A stretch of DNA of 64,000 nucleotides, taken from positions 75,082,001 through 75,146,000 of the forward strand of contig CM097882.1 of the NCBI GenBank assembly GCA_044892505.1, read 5' to 3'. The notes below the pieces were generated by a model. The model was not told the DNA's origin. It searched no databases and saw only the letters and a program-made list of their open reading frames with translations. Numbering within the stretch: the first letter of the stretch is position 1; every line of letters starts with the position of its first letter. This document shows, in pieces, positions 1 to 12,869 of the stretch. This DNA is from Schmidtea nova (Eukaryota). The position numbers and the translations under genes are program-made.

Positions 1-184
1 ATAATAACTATGGTGATCTGTTTTATATTGGGCGTTTTGTTTTTTTTAGTGTTATGAATGTGGAATTGGATTCCCTCATCCCTGCTTATTGGGGGCAACG
101 TGATATTTATTATGGTCATTATTTTTATCATTATTTTTATTACAGGGAAATTATTTTTTTTTTAATTTGAATTTTTAAAATAAT

Positions 185-219
185 TAAGCTTACTATAGTA
201 ATAAACTATAGTAAGCTTA
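185..219. other. Perfect hairpin (15-bp arms, 5-nt loop) in the LTR-like sequence
   Basis: TAAGCTTACTATAGT-AATAA-ACTATAGTAAGCTTA. Confidence 0.95.
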
Positions 220-257
220 CAAATTACAAATTAAGAAAATTGATTGAAAATTTAAAA

Positions 258-776
258 AAAGAAATTTAACGACAGCAAATAATCTAATTAATTCGTTAGG
301 CGCTATTATCCAACATATCTTTATATCTCGGAAGAAGATTATCCGAGCTACAACAAAATAGAAATAAATTATTGAAAGAAGGTCCCTTGCAGAATCGACT
401 TCCGAAGCTATTTCAATAAATCTCTATATTTGGAAAGAAGACTACCCGAGTTACAATAAAGATAACAAGAAGTTTAACGCCAGAAAATAATCTAATTAAT
501 TCGTTAGGCGCTATTATCCAACATATCTTTATATCTCGGAAGAAGATTATCCGAGCTACAACAAAATAGAAATAAATTATTGAAAGAAGGTCCCTTGCAG
601 AATCGACTTCCGAAGCTATCTCAATAAATCTCTAGATTTGGAAAGAAGACTATCCGAGTTACAATAAAGATAAAAAGAAATTTAACGACAGAAAATAATC
701 TAATTAATTCGTTAGGCGCTAATATCCAACATATCTTTATATCTCGGAAGAAGATTATCCGAGCTACAACAAAATA
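258..776. repeat. Tandem repeat, 208-bp unit, about 2.5 copies
   Basis: AATCTAATTAATTCGTTAGGCGC recurs at 281, 489 and 697. Confidence 0.95.
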
Positions 777-3157
777 AGAATTCGTGAGTACCGTTGTTAC
801 AATCTGTTTTTTTGATTTATAATAAAAGTTGTTATAAGTTATTGTTGGTTGTTAACATTATCATTTACAACATACACACGCACGCAATCACACATATACA
901 TAACACGCACCCCAGCTGTCCCAAGACAGTTTATTTTACCGGTGACTCGGCTGGGCCCTACAGATCTCCTAACAAATCTCCTTCAACAAAAAAATTCATT
1001 ATCAACACAATTCGCTAACCTAATAATAACAATAATAATACTAATACTAAAATAATAATAATAATAGATTCGTTTTTTTTTGGAATACTAATCATTATTT
1101 CGTTAGTATAATGCCGTTTTGTGGTTTAAAGTTTTTCTATCATTTTTGTCTGCATATAATAAAGTTTTATTCATTGTCAGCCCACCGGTAACAAACAGGT
1201 GAATGTTTGAAATTTTTATAGTATTATTTCATTTTATATTATATGAGGCGGTGTTCATCGTTAGACGGTGTATTTCAATCGATAAAATGTCATTTATTTA
1301 ATTTGACGAGACATGATGCATAAATCGAATCTAACATTTTTAAACCAAAAATAAAATATTTCAGCCATATTTCTCATTGCGCAAACGTTCAATGGTAATT
1401 GAGAAGAGCAGTTAACAAAAAAACGAGAAATGATTATACGCATATTTTGACCAAAAATTTTAATTGTTATTAACTATTAATTATATTTCCTACTCAATCT
1501 ATTTTTGAAAATAAATTCTAATTCAGCAGAAATTTTCCGTGGTAAGTTATCTGTTGGTTTTCAAATTTATTTCTCCTTAGTTTTTCACAGTTCATATTTT
1601 CTCTGGCTCATCTCATGAAACCCGAGTTTTCAAGCCAGAAATGGCCGCCTCAAATTTCATTCCGATATCGCCCTCAAAGGCTGCGGCCGCAATATAAGCG
1701 GCGCAATATAAGCGGCGCAAACGGATTTTCTTTATCATTATTTTATTTCCAAATTTTTGTAAGTGGATTTTATTTTTTTTTTATTTACTTTATTAATATA
1801 AATTTCAATTGAAATTATAATCAACTAAGGAAATTGTTGATTAAATTGCCCTTGATCAAAATATCCGGATATAATTTCAACAAATATGACCTGGAAAAAT
1901 AATGCATTAAACTATATTTATATATATTTATAATTTTTTANNNNNNNNNNNNNNNNNNNNNNNNNNNNNNNNNNNNNNNNNNNNNNNNNNNNNNNNNNNN
2001 NNNNNNNNNNNNNNNNNNNNNNNNNNNNNNNNNNNNNNNNNNNNNNNNNNNNNNNNNNNNNNNNNNNNNNNNNNNNNNNNNNNNNNNNNNNNNNNNNNNN
2101 NNNNNNNNNNNNNNNNNNNNNNNNNNNNNNNNNNNNNNNNNNNNNNNNNNNNNNNNNNNNNNNNNNNNNNNNNNNNNNNNNNNNNNNNNNNNNNNNNNNN
2201 NNNNNNNNNNNNNNNNNNNNNNNNNNNNNNNNNNNNNNNNNNNNNNNNNNNNNNNNNNNNNNNNNNNNNNNNNAATGATATTTAATAATAATATTTATAA
2301 TAATAATTATAATAATAATAAATTTGGATAAATGCTCAATAAATATTCATTACCATCATATCAAAAATTGTTTCTTGAAATTTTAAGAAATAAATTTCCG
2401 TTCACAAACAAACTTGTAAGTTTGTTGCTATGGAATGTTTGTTTTATTGATTTAACTGAATTGTTTTATCAAGATAAATTTTATTGATGGATAAAAAACT
2501 GAAAACCAATAGTGAATTTGATAATTATAATAAGAAATGTTAAACGTTTTATCAAAGCTCAAACTCTCACGGGAATATGAAATGAATAAATAAAATATTA
2601 ATCAGATTATTTATACATTCAATTAAAAAAAATATAAAAGAGAAATGATGAATATAACTAATTACGATTTTTGAAATTTAATTTTCGAATGATACTATTA
2701 TATATTTAGAAATATTAAAATATTCAGTCTTTTATATATTTCTATTTTNNNNNNNNNNNNNNNNNNNNNNNNNNNNNNNNNNNNNNNNNNNNNNNNNNNN
2801 NNNNNNNNNNNNNNNNNNNNNNNNNNNNNNNNNNNNNNNNNNNNNNNNNNNNNNNNNNNNNNNNNNNNNNNNNNNNNNNNNNNNNNNNNNNNNNNNNNNN
2901 NNNNNNNNNNNNNNNNNNNNNNNNNNNNNNNNNNNNNNNNNNNNNNNNNNNNNNNNNNNNNNNNNNNNNNNNNNNNNNNNNNNNNNNNNNNNNNNNNNNN
3001 NNTCATTTTTATATGTTTATTTGCTGTTGAGGATATGAGCGCCGTCATTGTTATGGACGGTGCCTTTGCGGTCACCTGGGCCCCCCCCTTTTTTATTATG
3101 ACTGTTAATATTTATTTTATTATTGTTATTATTACAATTATCTTTATTTAAAATTTG

Positions 3158-3198
3158 AATTTGGCTTACTATAGCAATTTGCTATAGTAAGCCAAATT
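3158..3198. other. Perfect 20-bp-arm palindrome in LTR (second copy at 8757-8797)
   Basis: AATTTGGCTTACTATAGCAA-T-TTGCTATAGTAAGCCAAATT. Confidence 0.95.
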
Positions 3199-3342
3199 AA
3201 AAATATCAGAAATAACGATTAATTTTTAAATTATGAATTAATACTTCAACGAGAAATATTTTGGCAAATTTTCATTGAAATATCTAGTACTAATTTGGGA
3301 AAAAATTACAAGAAAACCAATTATAATAAATCCAAGAAACTT

Positions 3343-3715
3343 TTCCAACAATTATATTTTCCAACGCATTTTCCAGCTGTATTGTCGAGACAAAGCAAAT
3401 TAATTTATTCCAGTTAATTTATTCCAACAATTATATTTTCCAACGCATTATCCAATTGTATTGTCGAGACAAAGCAAATTAATTTATTCCAGTTAATTTA
3501 TTCCAAACAATTATATTTTCCAACGTATCATCCAACCGTATTGTCGAGATAAAAGCAAATTAATTTATTCCAGTTAATTTATTCCAACAATTATATTTTC
3601 CAACGTATTATCCAACCGTATTGTCGAGACAAAAGCAAATTAATTTATTCCAGTTAATTTATTCTAGCGATTATATTTTCCAACGTATTACCCAACTGTA
3701 TTGTGGAGAAAAAAC
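3343..3715. repeat. LTR-internal tandem array, 79-80-bp unit, about 4.6 copies (also at about 8942-9315)
   Basis: ATTATATTTTCCAACG starts at 3351, 3430, 3510, 3590 and 3670. Confidence 0.95.
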
Positions 3716-3969
3716 AAAGTAACATTTATTTAATTCTTCGGGTTATTTTCATAATAAAACTTGTTTAGTTAAATTGGTTATTCTTAGTTTTTCTGATATT
3801 TTATATTACGTATTTGTAACTATTACTACACACAATCCACTACACAACAAACACCCCGAGTGTCCCAACAATTAATAGGTGACTCTCTCGGGATCTACAA
3901 GTCTTCTCCACATCACACGTACTACAAAATAAAACCCAATTAGAATAGTACATTAGAACTTATAATAAC

Positions 3970-3982
3970 TGGTGTCAGAAGT
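3970..3982 (+). promoter_or_regulatory. Primer-binding site, tRNA-Leu-type
   Basis: TGGTGTCAGAAGT directly after the LTR; complementary to the 3' end (..ACTTCTGACACCA) of animal tRNA-Leu. Confidence 0.8.
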
Positions 3983-4155
3983 CAACACATACACACACTC
4001 GACGAAATTTTTCTCAAATCACCTTTTCCTTTTAGAATAGTTAGTATAGAACTATAAAGGAAGGTGAGATCTTTTGGCTGAACACAGTAAGCCATATCCT
4101 TAAAACAAACTCGATTTTTTTTTGCATCAACAAACAACACTACACATAAAGACAA

Positions 4156-5214
4156 ATGGCATCGAACCAACAAAACCTAACAAACAATCCCCAAACACAC
4201 AACAACGAAACCATGTCCAATCAACAAGAGAATAACAGCTATTTTTACACCCCCGAAAACCACCACACCATAAATTCGATAATAAACCCCAAGGCAAACA
4301 TTCCAAACTACTTTACAGATGAGAACGGCACACCCCAAAAATGGCTAGAGTTCTCAAAACTAACATTGACACTGTCAGGAATCAAATCGACAAAAAGCTT
4401 ATGCTCCCACATAATAGCCGCTCTACCTAGCAATATTCTAAATGAAATTGCAGATCGAATCGACGAAATAGCGAATACCGACGACCCATTTAACTTACTA
4501 TACACAACCTTAGTAAATAGAAATAAGGTGAACAGGAGGGAAGTTTTGGAGTCTTGTCTAAAAGATATACAGCTTGGAAATGACAAACCAAGCGAATTTC
4601 TGCGAAATCTGAAAAGCAAACTAGAATTTTTGCAACCCAAAATCACAAGTGCGGGTCAAAATGATTTCGTGAAAGACCTATTCATGAGGGCAATGCCGCA
4701 AGAAATAAGACGCATCTTAGTGGCAAACGACTGCACAGATCTCGACAAGATAGCCGATATCGCGGACAAAATTAATGACGAAATATTCCCAACAGTGTGC
4801 AGAACATACCGAAAGCAACAACCGTGGGAAAACAAGCAAGAAAACCGTCAAGAACGAGATAACCCAAACAATGATACCAATCTACTGCTGAACTCGTTAA
4901 TAAAAAAAGTTGACGAGGTATTAACAGAAAACAAGAACCTCAGGAATGACTTACAAGAGACACAAGCGAGAGAAACGAAAAGAAACCAAATCAATCAAAA
5001 CAACCGTTCAGAACTAAACCCTAACTTTAACCGTTACCAAAATAACCATAACAACCCAACAGAGCAAAAACCAAATTTTAACCGGTATAATAACCCAAAC
5101 AACAACTACATACAAAACGAAAATTGGTGCTATTTTCACAATAGATTTGGAGACAAGGCGTACAAGTGCAACGCACCTTGCACTTTCAACAATAAAAAGC
5201 CGGAAAACATATAA
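4156..5214 (+). CDS. gag: Gag of CsRn1-like Gypsy element (352 aa)
   Basis: C-terminal CYFHNRFGDKAYKCNAPC is the Cx2Hx9Cx3C (CHCC) motif typical of CsRn1/Kabuki/Boudicca Gag. Confidence 0.9.
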   Translation: MASNQQNLTNNPQTHNNETMSNQQENNSYFYTPENHHTINSIINPKANIPNYFTDENGTPQKWLEFSKLTLTLSGIKSTKSLCSHIIAALPSNILNEIADRIDEIANTDDPFNLLYTTLVNRNKVNRREVLESCLKDIQLGNDKPSEFLRNLKSKLEFLQPKITSAGQNDFVKDLFMRAMPQEIRRILVANDCTDLDKIADIADKINDEIFPTVCRTYRKQQPWENKQENRQERDNPNNDTNLLLNSLIKKVDEVLTENKNLRNDLQETQARETKRNQINQNNRSELNPNFNRYQNNHNNPTEQKPNFNRYNNPNNNYIQNENWCYFHNRFGDKAYKCNAPCTFNNKKPENI

Positions 5215-5222
5215 AGTCACCA

Positions 5223-8200
5223 ATGATCGCACCGACCATTGGTGACAGCCAAACATTCACGGTGCACAGCAACGGTATTAACTTCCTCGTTGATACCGGT
5301 TCAATAATTTCCTTACTGCCGAACTACCTCTACAAAAACACAAAAACAGAAACCCCAAGTTTATGCGCAGCAAACGGCAGCCCTATCAAAACATTCGGAA
5401 AACAAAACATCGACATTTCCGTCAATAATATAAAATACAAGTGGCAGTTCACCATCGCAGAAGTGAAACAAGCCATATTAGGAGCAGATTTCCTCGCAAG
5501 ATACAACTTACTAGTCGATTGTAAAAATGGGAAAATTATATCAAACAATTCAAATAACTCAACCACCAAAAGTAACCAATCAACAAAACAAACCAACTGC
5601 GACATTGGAGTGATAACAGCTCTACACGGTGAAATAAAAACGAATGAGCAGAAACAAAAATCAGAAAATAAGGACGGACATATTCCTAATGAAATCATGA
5701 AACTGATACAAACAATGCCAAACATAACAAACAAACTACAAACAATTAGCGAAACTAAATGCATAACTGAACACGCAATAATAAGCAATGGAAATCCTGT
5801 GCATGCAAAAGTCAGACAGTTGGACAAAAATAAACTCGAAATAACAAAGAAAATATTTGACGAATTATTAGAAAATCAAATCGTCAAACATTCTAATTCA
5901 AATTGGTCCTCAGCTCTCATGCTTAAAGAAAAAGCAAATGGTGAATGGCGTGCCTGTGGAGACTACAGAGCACTAAACAACATCACAACACCTGACAAAT
6001 ACCCAATTCCTATCATAAATGATATAATTAACCGATTCAACAAACCCAAACTCTTCAGCAAAATCGACTTGGAAAAAGCCTACCATCAAATTCCCGTCAG
6101 AGCGGAAGACATAAAGAAAACAGCGATCATCACACCCTTAGGCCTCTATGAATACAACAGAATGCCTTTTGGTTTAAAAAACGCTGCGGCAACGTTTCAA
6201 CGTTTTATGGACCAAATCCTGCGAAACCAACGAAATACAGTCGCTTACCTAGACGACATACTTATTGCGTCCACAACCAAATCGGAACACATCGAAAACA
6301 TAAGAAATGTGTTGGAAATACTCAACAAACACCAACTAAAAATTAATACAAAAAAATGCCAATTCTTAAAAACTGAAATACAATTCTTGGGACACTTGTT
6401 GAATGAATCGGGAACAAGACCACTAGAGGACAAGATAAAAGCAATAAAAAACTATCCATTACCCAAAACAACAAAAGAACTAAGACGATTCCTGGGGATG
6501 ATCAACTTTTATCACAAATACATACCAAAATGTAGCGAAATGTTAGCCCCTCTCAACGAATTAAACAAAATAAAGAGAAATATTAAAATAAATTGGAACG
6601 AAAATCTAATAACAGCGTTTGAACAAGCAAAGGAAAATCTGAAAAATGCAAGCATCCTAAGCTACCCTAATCAGGAATTACCATACATAGTCAACACAGA
6701 CTGTTCAGGACTAGCAATGGGAGGAACTATATTCCAAGAGGAAAACAAGGAAAAACGACCCATAGCATTCTTTTCAAAGAAATTGAAAACGCATCAAATG
6801 AGATACTCTACTTTCGACAGGGAGTTATTAGCGTTACACGACACGATCAGGCACTTTCAATACCTACTGGAAGGTAAAGAATTCGAGGTGTATACTGATC
6901 ATAAACCCCTAATAAATGCAATGAATATGAGAAATCCTTCACCGAGACAAATACGACAATTGAATTATATTTCACAATTCAATTGTAAAATAAAATACAT
7001 AGCAGGATCAGCTAATATAAGTGCAGACGCATTATCAAGAATCGAAACTGATATCAACGCACTAAACATACCACCAATCATAGAGTTAGAAAACCTAAAA
7101 ACTATACAAAAACAAAACATAACAGAGTCTCCGAGGATGAACTCGCTCAAATTGGAAGAAATAGACGGAATCTGGTACGACACTTCAAACGACAATAATA
7201 AAAGAATCATTGTACCGCCTGAATTACGCGAACAGTACCTACAGAAATATCACAACCTTTACCACCCAGGAAACAAAGCCACATATGAACTTTTGCATAC
7301 CAAAGTAATCTGGCCTTACATGAGAAGGGACGTAAAAACCTTCGTTAGAAACTGCCCACAGTGTCAAAAGAACAAAATAACGAAAAAACAATTTAAAACA
7401 ACGGTGGTACAATTTCCAAGTTCGGAACCTTTCGAAACAATACACATCGACATAGTCGGACCTCTACCACCCAATAACAAACACAAGTATTTGTTAACAA
7501 TAATAGATCGCAAAACAAACTGATTTGAATCCATACCCATAAAGGAAATATCCGCAGCAAAGATTTGCAACAAATTAGAACTAAATTGGTTCGCACGGTA
7601 TGGTTGCCCAAAAACAATAATCAGCGATCAAGGTAGACAATTTGAATCCGACATTTTTAAAGGACTGTGTAATAAATATAACATTAAGAAAAACAGAACA
7701 ACAGCGTATAACCCCCAATCAAACGGAAAAGTGGAAAGATTACACCGATCTATAAAACAAGCTATCAGAACAAAAACGAACAACAACGATAACTGGTTGG
7801 GAAAATTACCAGAAATTTTGATAGGATTGCGCAACAACCCATCAAGCTCAAACAACAAAAGTCCTAGCCAATTGGTATTTGGACACAACACAAACCTGCC
7901 AAACTTAAAAGACGAAACAGAAAACAAGGTTGAGGCAAACTACGAATTCAACGAACCACAAATGACCAAACTAAAAAACACTCTGAAAAACAAAAACAGT
8001 CAACAAACACTAAACCAAACCAGACTAATAATAGACAAAGTCTTAATAAAGAAACCTTTCACAAGTGGTTTCGAAACAAAATACGAAGGTCCATACAAAT
8101 TACTAAATTTGTAGAAAAACGTCGGTACTATCGTAAAAGACAACAAGTCAATTAAAATAAACATACGCCGATTAAAACCATTTTACGAAAACAAACTAAC

Positions 8201-8357
8201 ACCATCCAACATCGACCACAACCAAAACCCTCCAGACAAAACCCCAACAAAACAAAAACACATCTCATTCGACACCAAAAACTCAATAAAACTATTCGAC
8301 AAGGACACGATAATCACACCCCTATACAAAAAACGATATAGCGAGTGCCTCAAATAA
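5223..8357 (+). pseudogene. pol: Pol (PR-RT-RNase H-IN) with two in-frame stops in integrase
   Basis: Motifs FLVDTGS, MPFGLKNAAATFQR, YLDD, YTDHKPL, H-H-C-C zinc finger. TGA at 7521 sits where Trp is expected (DRKTN*FESIP). Frame continues through SDQGRQF and NGKVERLH. TAG at 8112 follows EGPYKLLNL and the frame continues to INIRRLKP, ending TAA at 8355. The -1 frame is open from G_GAA_AAC (5202-5208), a candidate slippery site. Confidence 0.9.
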
Positions 8358-8567
8358 AGTTACATAAACATACACAAGCAAACACAGGCACAACATAGCT
8401 AAATGTACAGTTTTTAGTCTTTTGTAAATATGTAAATGTTATGGTTAAGACGTTATAAAAACAACAAAACAAATACAAAAACAAAACAAAACAAAACAAA
8501 ACAACAAAAACGAGTTGTCAACATGGTTAATCTGTTAATTTTTATTCTCTTGTTAACCTCCGGTTTT

Positions 8568-8578
8568 AAAGGGGGAAG
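8568..8578 (+). promoter_or_regulatory. Polypurine tract
   Basis: AAAGGGGGAAG immediately before the TGTGAATG start of the 3' LTR. Confidence 0.85.
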
Positions 8579-8581
8579 TTA

Positions 8582-9568
8582 TGTGAATGTCACATTTTAC
8601 TGTCATTTTTATATGTTTATTTGCTGTTGAGGATATGAGCGCCGTCATTGTTATGGACGGTGCCTTTGCGGTCACCTGGGCCCCCCCTTTTTTATTATGA
8701 CTGTTAATATTTATTTTATTATTGTTATTATTACAATTATCTTTATTTAAAATTTGAATTTGGCTTACTATAGCAATTTGCTATAGTAAGCCAAATTAAA
8801 AAAATCAGAAATAACGATTAATTTTTAAATTATGAATTAATACTTCAACGAGAAATATTTTGGCAAATTTTCATTGAAATATCTAGTACTAATTTGGGAA
8901 AAAATTACAAGAAAACCAATTATAATAAATCCAAGAAACTTTTCCAACAATTATATTTTCCAACGCATTTTCCAGCTGTATTGTCGAGAAAAAAGCAAAT
9001 TAATTTATTCCAGTTAATTTATTCCAACAATTATATTTTCCAACGCATTATCCAATTGTATTGTCGAGACAAAGCAAATTAATTTATTCCAGTTAATTTA
9101 TTCCAAACAATTATATTTTCCAACGTATCATCCAACCGTATTGTCGAGATAAAAGCAAATTAATTTATTCCAGTTAATTTATTCCAACAATTATATTTTC
9201 CAACGTATTATCCAACCGTATTGTCGAGACAAAAGCAAATTAATTTATTCCAGTTAATTTATATCAGCGATTATATTTTCCAACGTATTACCCAACTGTA
9301 TTGTGGAGAAAAAACAAAGTAACATTTATTTAATTCTTCGGGTTATTTTCATAATAAAACTTGTTTAGTTAAATTGGTTATTCTTAGTTTTTCTGATATT
9401 TTATATTACGTATTTGTAACTATTACTACACACAATCCACTACACAACAAACACCCCGAGTGTCCCAACAATTAATAGGTGACTCTCTCGGGATCTACAA
9501 GTCTTCTCCACATCACACGTACTACAAAATAAAACCCAATTAGAATAGTACATTAGAACTTATAATAA
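8582..9568 (+). repeat. 3' LTR (987 bp)
   Basis: Starts TG after the PPT; matches the 5' LTR to TATAATAA. Confidence 0.95.
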
Positions 9569-11253
9569 TATTCCTATATATTTATTTTATATTTTATTAT
9601 ATTTATATATGTATATATTTATATGGTTATATTTTATATATTTATTATAAATATTTATACCCATTTATATATTTTTATNNNNNNNNNNNNNNNNNNNNNN
9701 NNNNNNNNNNNNNNNNNNNNNNNNNNNNNNNNNNNNNNNNNNNNNNNNNNNNNNNNNNNNNNNNNNNNNNNNNNNNNNNNNNNNNNNNNNNNNNNNNNNN
9801 NNNNNNNNNNNNNNNNNNNNNNNNNNNNNNNNNNTTCTCTATTATTGCTGAACGACCTATAAATTCTCTGATATTCTAAATTGGTCTAAATTTTGTAGCT
9901 AGTGTAGTGTAGTGTACCCAAAAATAATAACAATGTAAATCCACTTAGCTTTCCTAAAAACTCTAGGTTAGAATTGTAACCGAATTTTATTTCCAACTAT
10001 TCGATCACTCATGCGCTAACTATATATCGTGTAGGACGATTAGTAAGTATTTCCCAAGTGTCGCGTGTAGAGCAGTCTAGAAAATTTGCGCCATTAAATA
10101 AAATTCCACCAGTTTTTTCAGCGAACAATTTTAGCGAGTCATTCAGGCATTAGGTGAGTGGAAGTGGGGATTTCAAGTGACATATGACGACAAGCGGAGC
10201 ACTTGAAATTTGCGAGTGGAAAGCTCATTGTGAGGTGAAATTAGGAATGCGAGCCATAGAATTTTTAGCCGATCAAGTGCTGTGGAGTGAGCCCGTGTCC
10301 ACTTGATCGTATTTGAAGTAGTCCAATAGTAATAATAGAGAAATCGAGTAAACTTAATTAAAAGTGTAAAATAAAAAAAAATTAATAACCATACAAATCC
10401 CCCAAACAATTCACAAAATATTTAATACAAGTGAGGGTCATAGAAGAGGAAATACATAGTGTACGATGAGGACCGAGGAGGAATATTTAGACCCATTAAT
10501 ACCGTTCTTATACCGAGAATGTAAGTACCCACAACTTAATGTAGTTTCCCCAGTATTTCTCGTCAGTTAACCCTTTTAATTTAAGTTTGATATAATTATT
10601 AAATAGAGAATTGAACTATGGAAAGAGCGAGCATCAGAATTCGTACTGGGGAGAGCGACGAACGACGACAGAGTCTTTATGATCAGGAGACCGAAGCGGT
10701 AGACAATTACTTATTCCATTATTAATTATTACATATACATTTTACGATAACTTATACATATCGAAATTGGATGAAATGCAATCATATTTGATTCAAAATT
10801 GTGGAAGTATTTTGAAATCCTTAGAATTAATTGATGATACTTACTTTAAATTCAGTTTGAATCCGGATATTAGTGACTTTTGACAGAAAACTCGTAAAAA
10901 CATTGGGATTACCGAAGAATACATATACTCAAGATGGAAAATTGAATGTATGAGTAAATAAACCGAAAATAATTAAACTTCATCGCCAAATTTTCATTTA
11001 CAGTAATATAGTCAATCCTATAATTATCATAATTATCTTTTTTCACCTTTGATCTTTTTTTATTATTATTATCAATAATTCTCATAATGATGACTATAGA
11101 TCAAAAAAAATTTTTTAAACAATTCCACAATATTTCGGCACAGCCTTTATCAAGTGTGTATTTCAATCGTTATATTAACTTAATCCTAAATAGTAACCTT
11201 AATTATTTTTTTATATTTTATAATGATTTTATTGGATGAAAAAAAAATTTATT

Positions 11254-11940
11254 TTAATTTTTTTGTGCGAATTGAATGTTAATGGACGGTTTGTATCTTT
11301 TTGTGTAAAAAGTCTCGGAAGCTAATCTTTGAAATGAATTTTTGAATCCCTCTTGTAGAATCTGGCATTTTGTTTCTTCTATAGATGGAGTTGTTTTATG
11401 TACTTTCTCCCAGTGTTCGTAATAATTACTGGTTTTGTTTTTAGTGTGTTCATTAAGTCGGGTGCGAAAAGTTCTATGTGTTTCTCCTATGTAAGTAGCG
11501 TCACATTTTTGACAAGAAAGTTTATATGCTATATTTTTGGAAAAGCAAAAGCATCGGGTTGTGGAACGGCAAAGATTTATGTTTGGAAATGTTGGAAAAT
11601 GGTGGCTTTCGGAGTTGTGAATTTAACGGTGCGGAGGTTATGAACGTTGGACGGATGTGGATAGGCAAATCTATTTGATTAAAAATGTTGGTGATTTTGT
11701 TGGCTGTAGTGTCATTTAGGAAAGGTAATCTTAGATATGTTGTGTGTTTGTTATTGTTATTGTGTTTCTGGCATTTTCTATTGTTGCGTTTATTGTGGTA
11801 TGGTTCGTTAAGGAAGTATTTCTTTACAAATTCTTCAGGTTATCCATTTTAGAGGAATCGTATTTTGAAGTTTTCTAATGTTTCTTGTATTTTGTTTGCG
11901 TCTGAACAGTTTCTTATGGCTCTTTTTCTTTCTCCTATTA
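11254..11940 (-). pseudogene. Penelope-like element remnant: RT thumb plus GIY-YIG endonuclease
   Basis: Minus-strand translation gives RAIRNCSD..ETLENFKIRFL*NG*P (decayed NGYP motif), YLRLPF, AYKLSCQKCDATYIGETHRTFRTRLNEH and RLASETFYTKRYKPSIN. Stops and a frameshift are present. Confidence 0.85.
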
Positions 11941-11943
11941 GTA

Positions 11944-12780
11944 ATGAGAGTAATCCTATAATTGTTGGTGATTCTCTAGTTCCCATGTTAAAATCGGTAT
12001 GGATTGAAAAACATGAACAGGATGAACTTGTTCAAATGCAATCAGAAAATCCAATGTATTTATCAGTTTCAATTTTTTGTATAAAAAATATAGAAATTAA
12101 TATCATAGATGATAGAGGTAACTTAATAAACTTTCTAAAAAGATTCAAAAACTCATTTAGCTCTACATTTTCGAAAAAAGCGATGAGTAATCCCGATATA
12201 GTTTCTTTGTACAGTAATAGCCAAACTGGTGGCGAATTACCATATTTTGTAGGTACAGTATGGATCAGGTTGGTTGAAAACTATTGGTAGATTTACACTT
12301 TCAATACTTAAGCGAATAGGTAGTTTTGGTATGAAAACTGCCAAAGACTTATTATGAAAGATAAAATAAAATATTACCATCATTGAAAACAAATGGTTTG
12401 GCTACAGTTAATAAATCTATACCTGCTGTAACATAAATACTTCCTTCCATTGCAACTAAGTTTACAAAAAATGAACCAGAACCTGAACCAGTAGAACCAA
12501 GACATAAAAAGGGTAGAAAACGTATAAACAATCGAATGAAAGGTCATGGAACTATATTTTAAGAAAGATTTGCGGTAAATCTGAATTATGTATTTTTGAT
12601 CGATCATCTCCCCAATCAGCTATCGAATATGTGGTGTTTGAAGATGTGTTTCCAATGAATTCTATTACAGATGTTAGAAATAATGTGGAATTTTACATTA
12701 ACGGTTCTCAAACCAAATATTTAGATTTGAACGATACTTTATTATCCGTTACTATCAAGGTTGTAGATAAAAATTTCATT
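11944..12780 (+). pseudogene. Maverick/Polinton fragment: minor capsid C-terminus, small Gly-rich ORF, major capsid N-terminus
   Basis: IVGDSLVPMLKSV..NPMYLSV..IEINIIDDRGNLINF..LHFRKK* (penton-type tail, to 12186). Then M..YSNSQTGGELPYFVG (12183-12562). Then CGKSELCIFDRSSPQSAIE..VEFYINGS..YLDLNDTLLSVTIKV (12571-12775), matching the CxKSELDLF..PTQ..YxDL start of Polinton major capsid proteins. Frameshifted. Confidence 0.8.
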
Positions 12781-12869
12781 TGAATTTCATTAAAATAAAA
12801 ATATTTTTATTTTAACTAAAACTGTCTTGATACACGGATGATACACATGGCGATATCAATTTTTCTTTT

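Larger units (their letters stand above)
50..1031 (+). mobile_element. Probable solo LTR related to the LTRs of the 3003-9568 element
   Basis: Begins TGTTATGAATG and ends TAATAACA. At 982 bp it is close to the 987-bp LTR at 8582-9568. It has the same GCTTACTATAG/CTATAGTAAGC hairpin, an internal tandem array and a similar 3' block (CACCCC..GTCCCA..GGTGACTC). No PPT before it and no PBS after it. No TSD seen. Confidence 0.5.
3003..3968 (+). repeat. 5' LTR (start hidden in gap)
   Basis: Near-identical to 8603-9568; followed immediately by the PBS. Confidence 0.95.
3003..9568 (+). mobile_element. Ty3/Gypsy LTR retrotransposon, CsRn1/Kabuki-like (CHCC Gag), young but with a broken integrase
   Basis: Direct LTRs at a 5600-bp offset with only a handful of differences; PBS; PPT; gag plus -1-frame pol in PR-RT-RH-IN order. 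The 5' end lies in the N gap, so no TSD can be read. Confidence 0.95.

Noticed and set aside
3343-3715. Regular 80-bp array resembling a CRISPR locus
   Set aside because: Whole units repeat with no unique spacers, the array lies inside both LTRs of a eukaryotic retrotransposon, and there are no cas genes.
10468-10705. Possible two-exon mini-gene (MRTEEEYLDPLIPFLYRE|gtaagt ... ag|RIELWKE)
   Set aside because: The obvious splice creates an in-frame TAG, and no domain is recognised.
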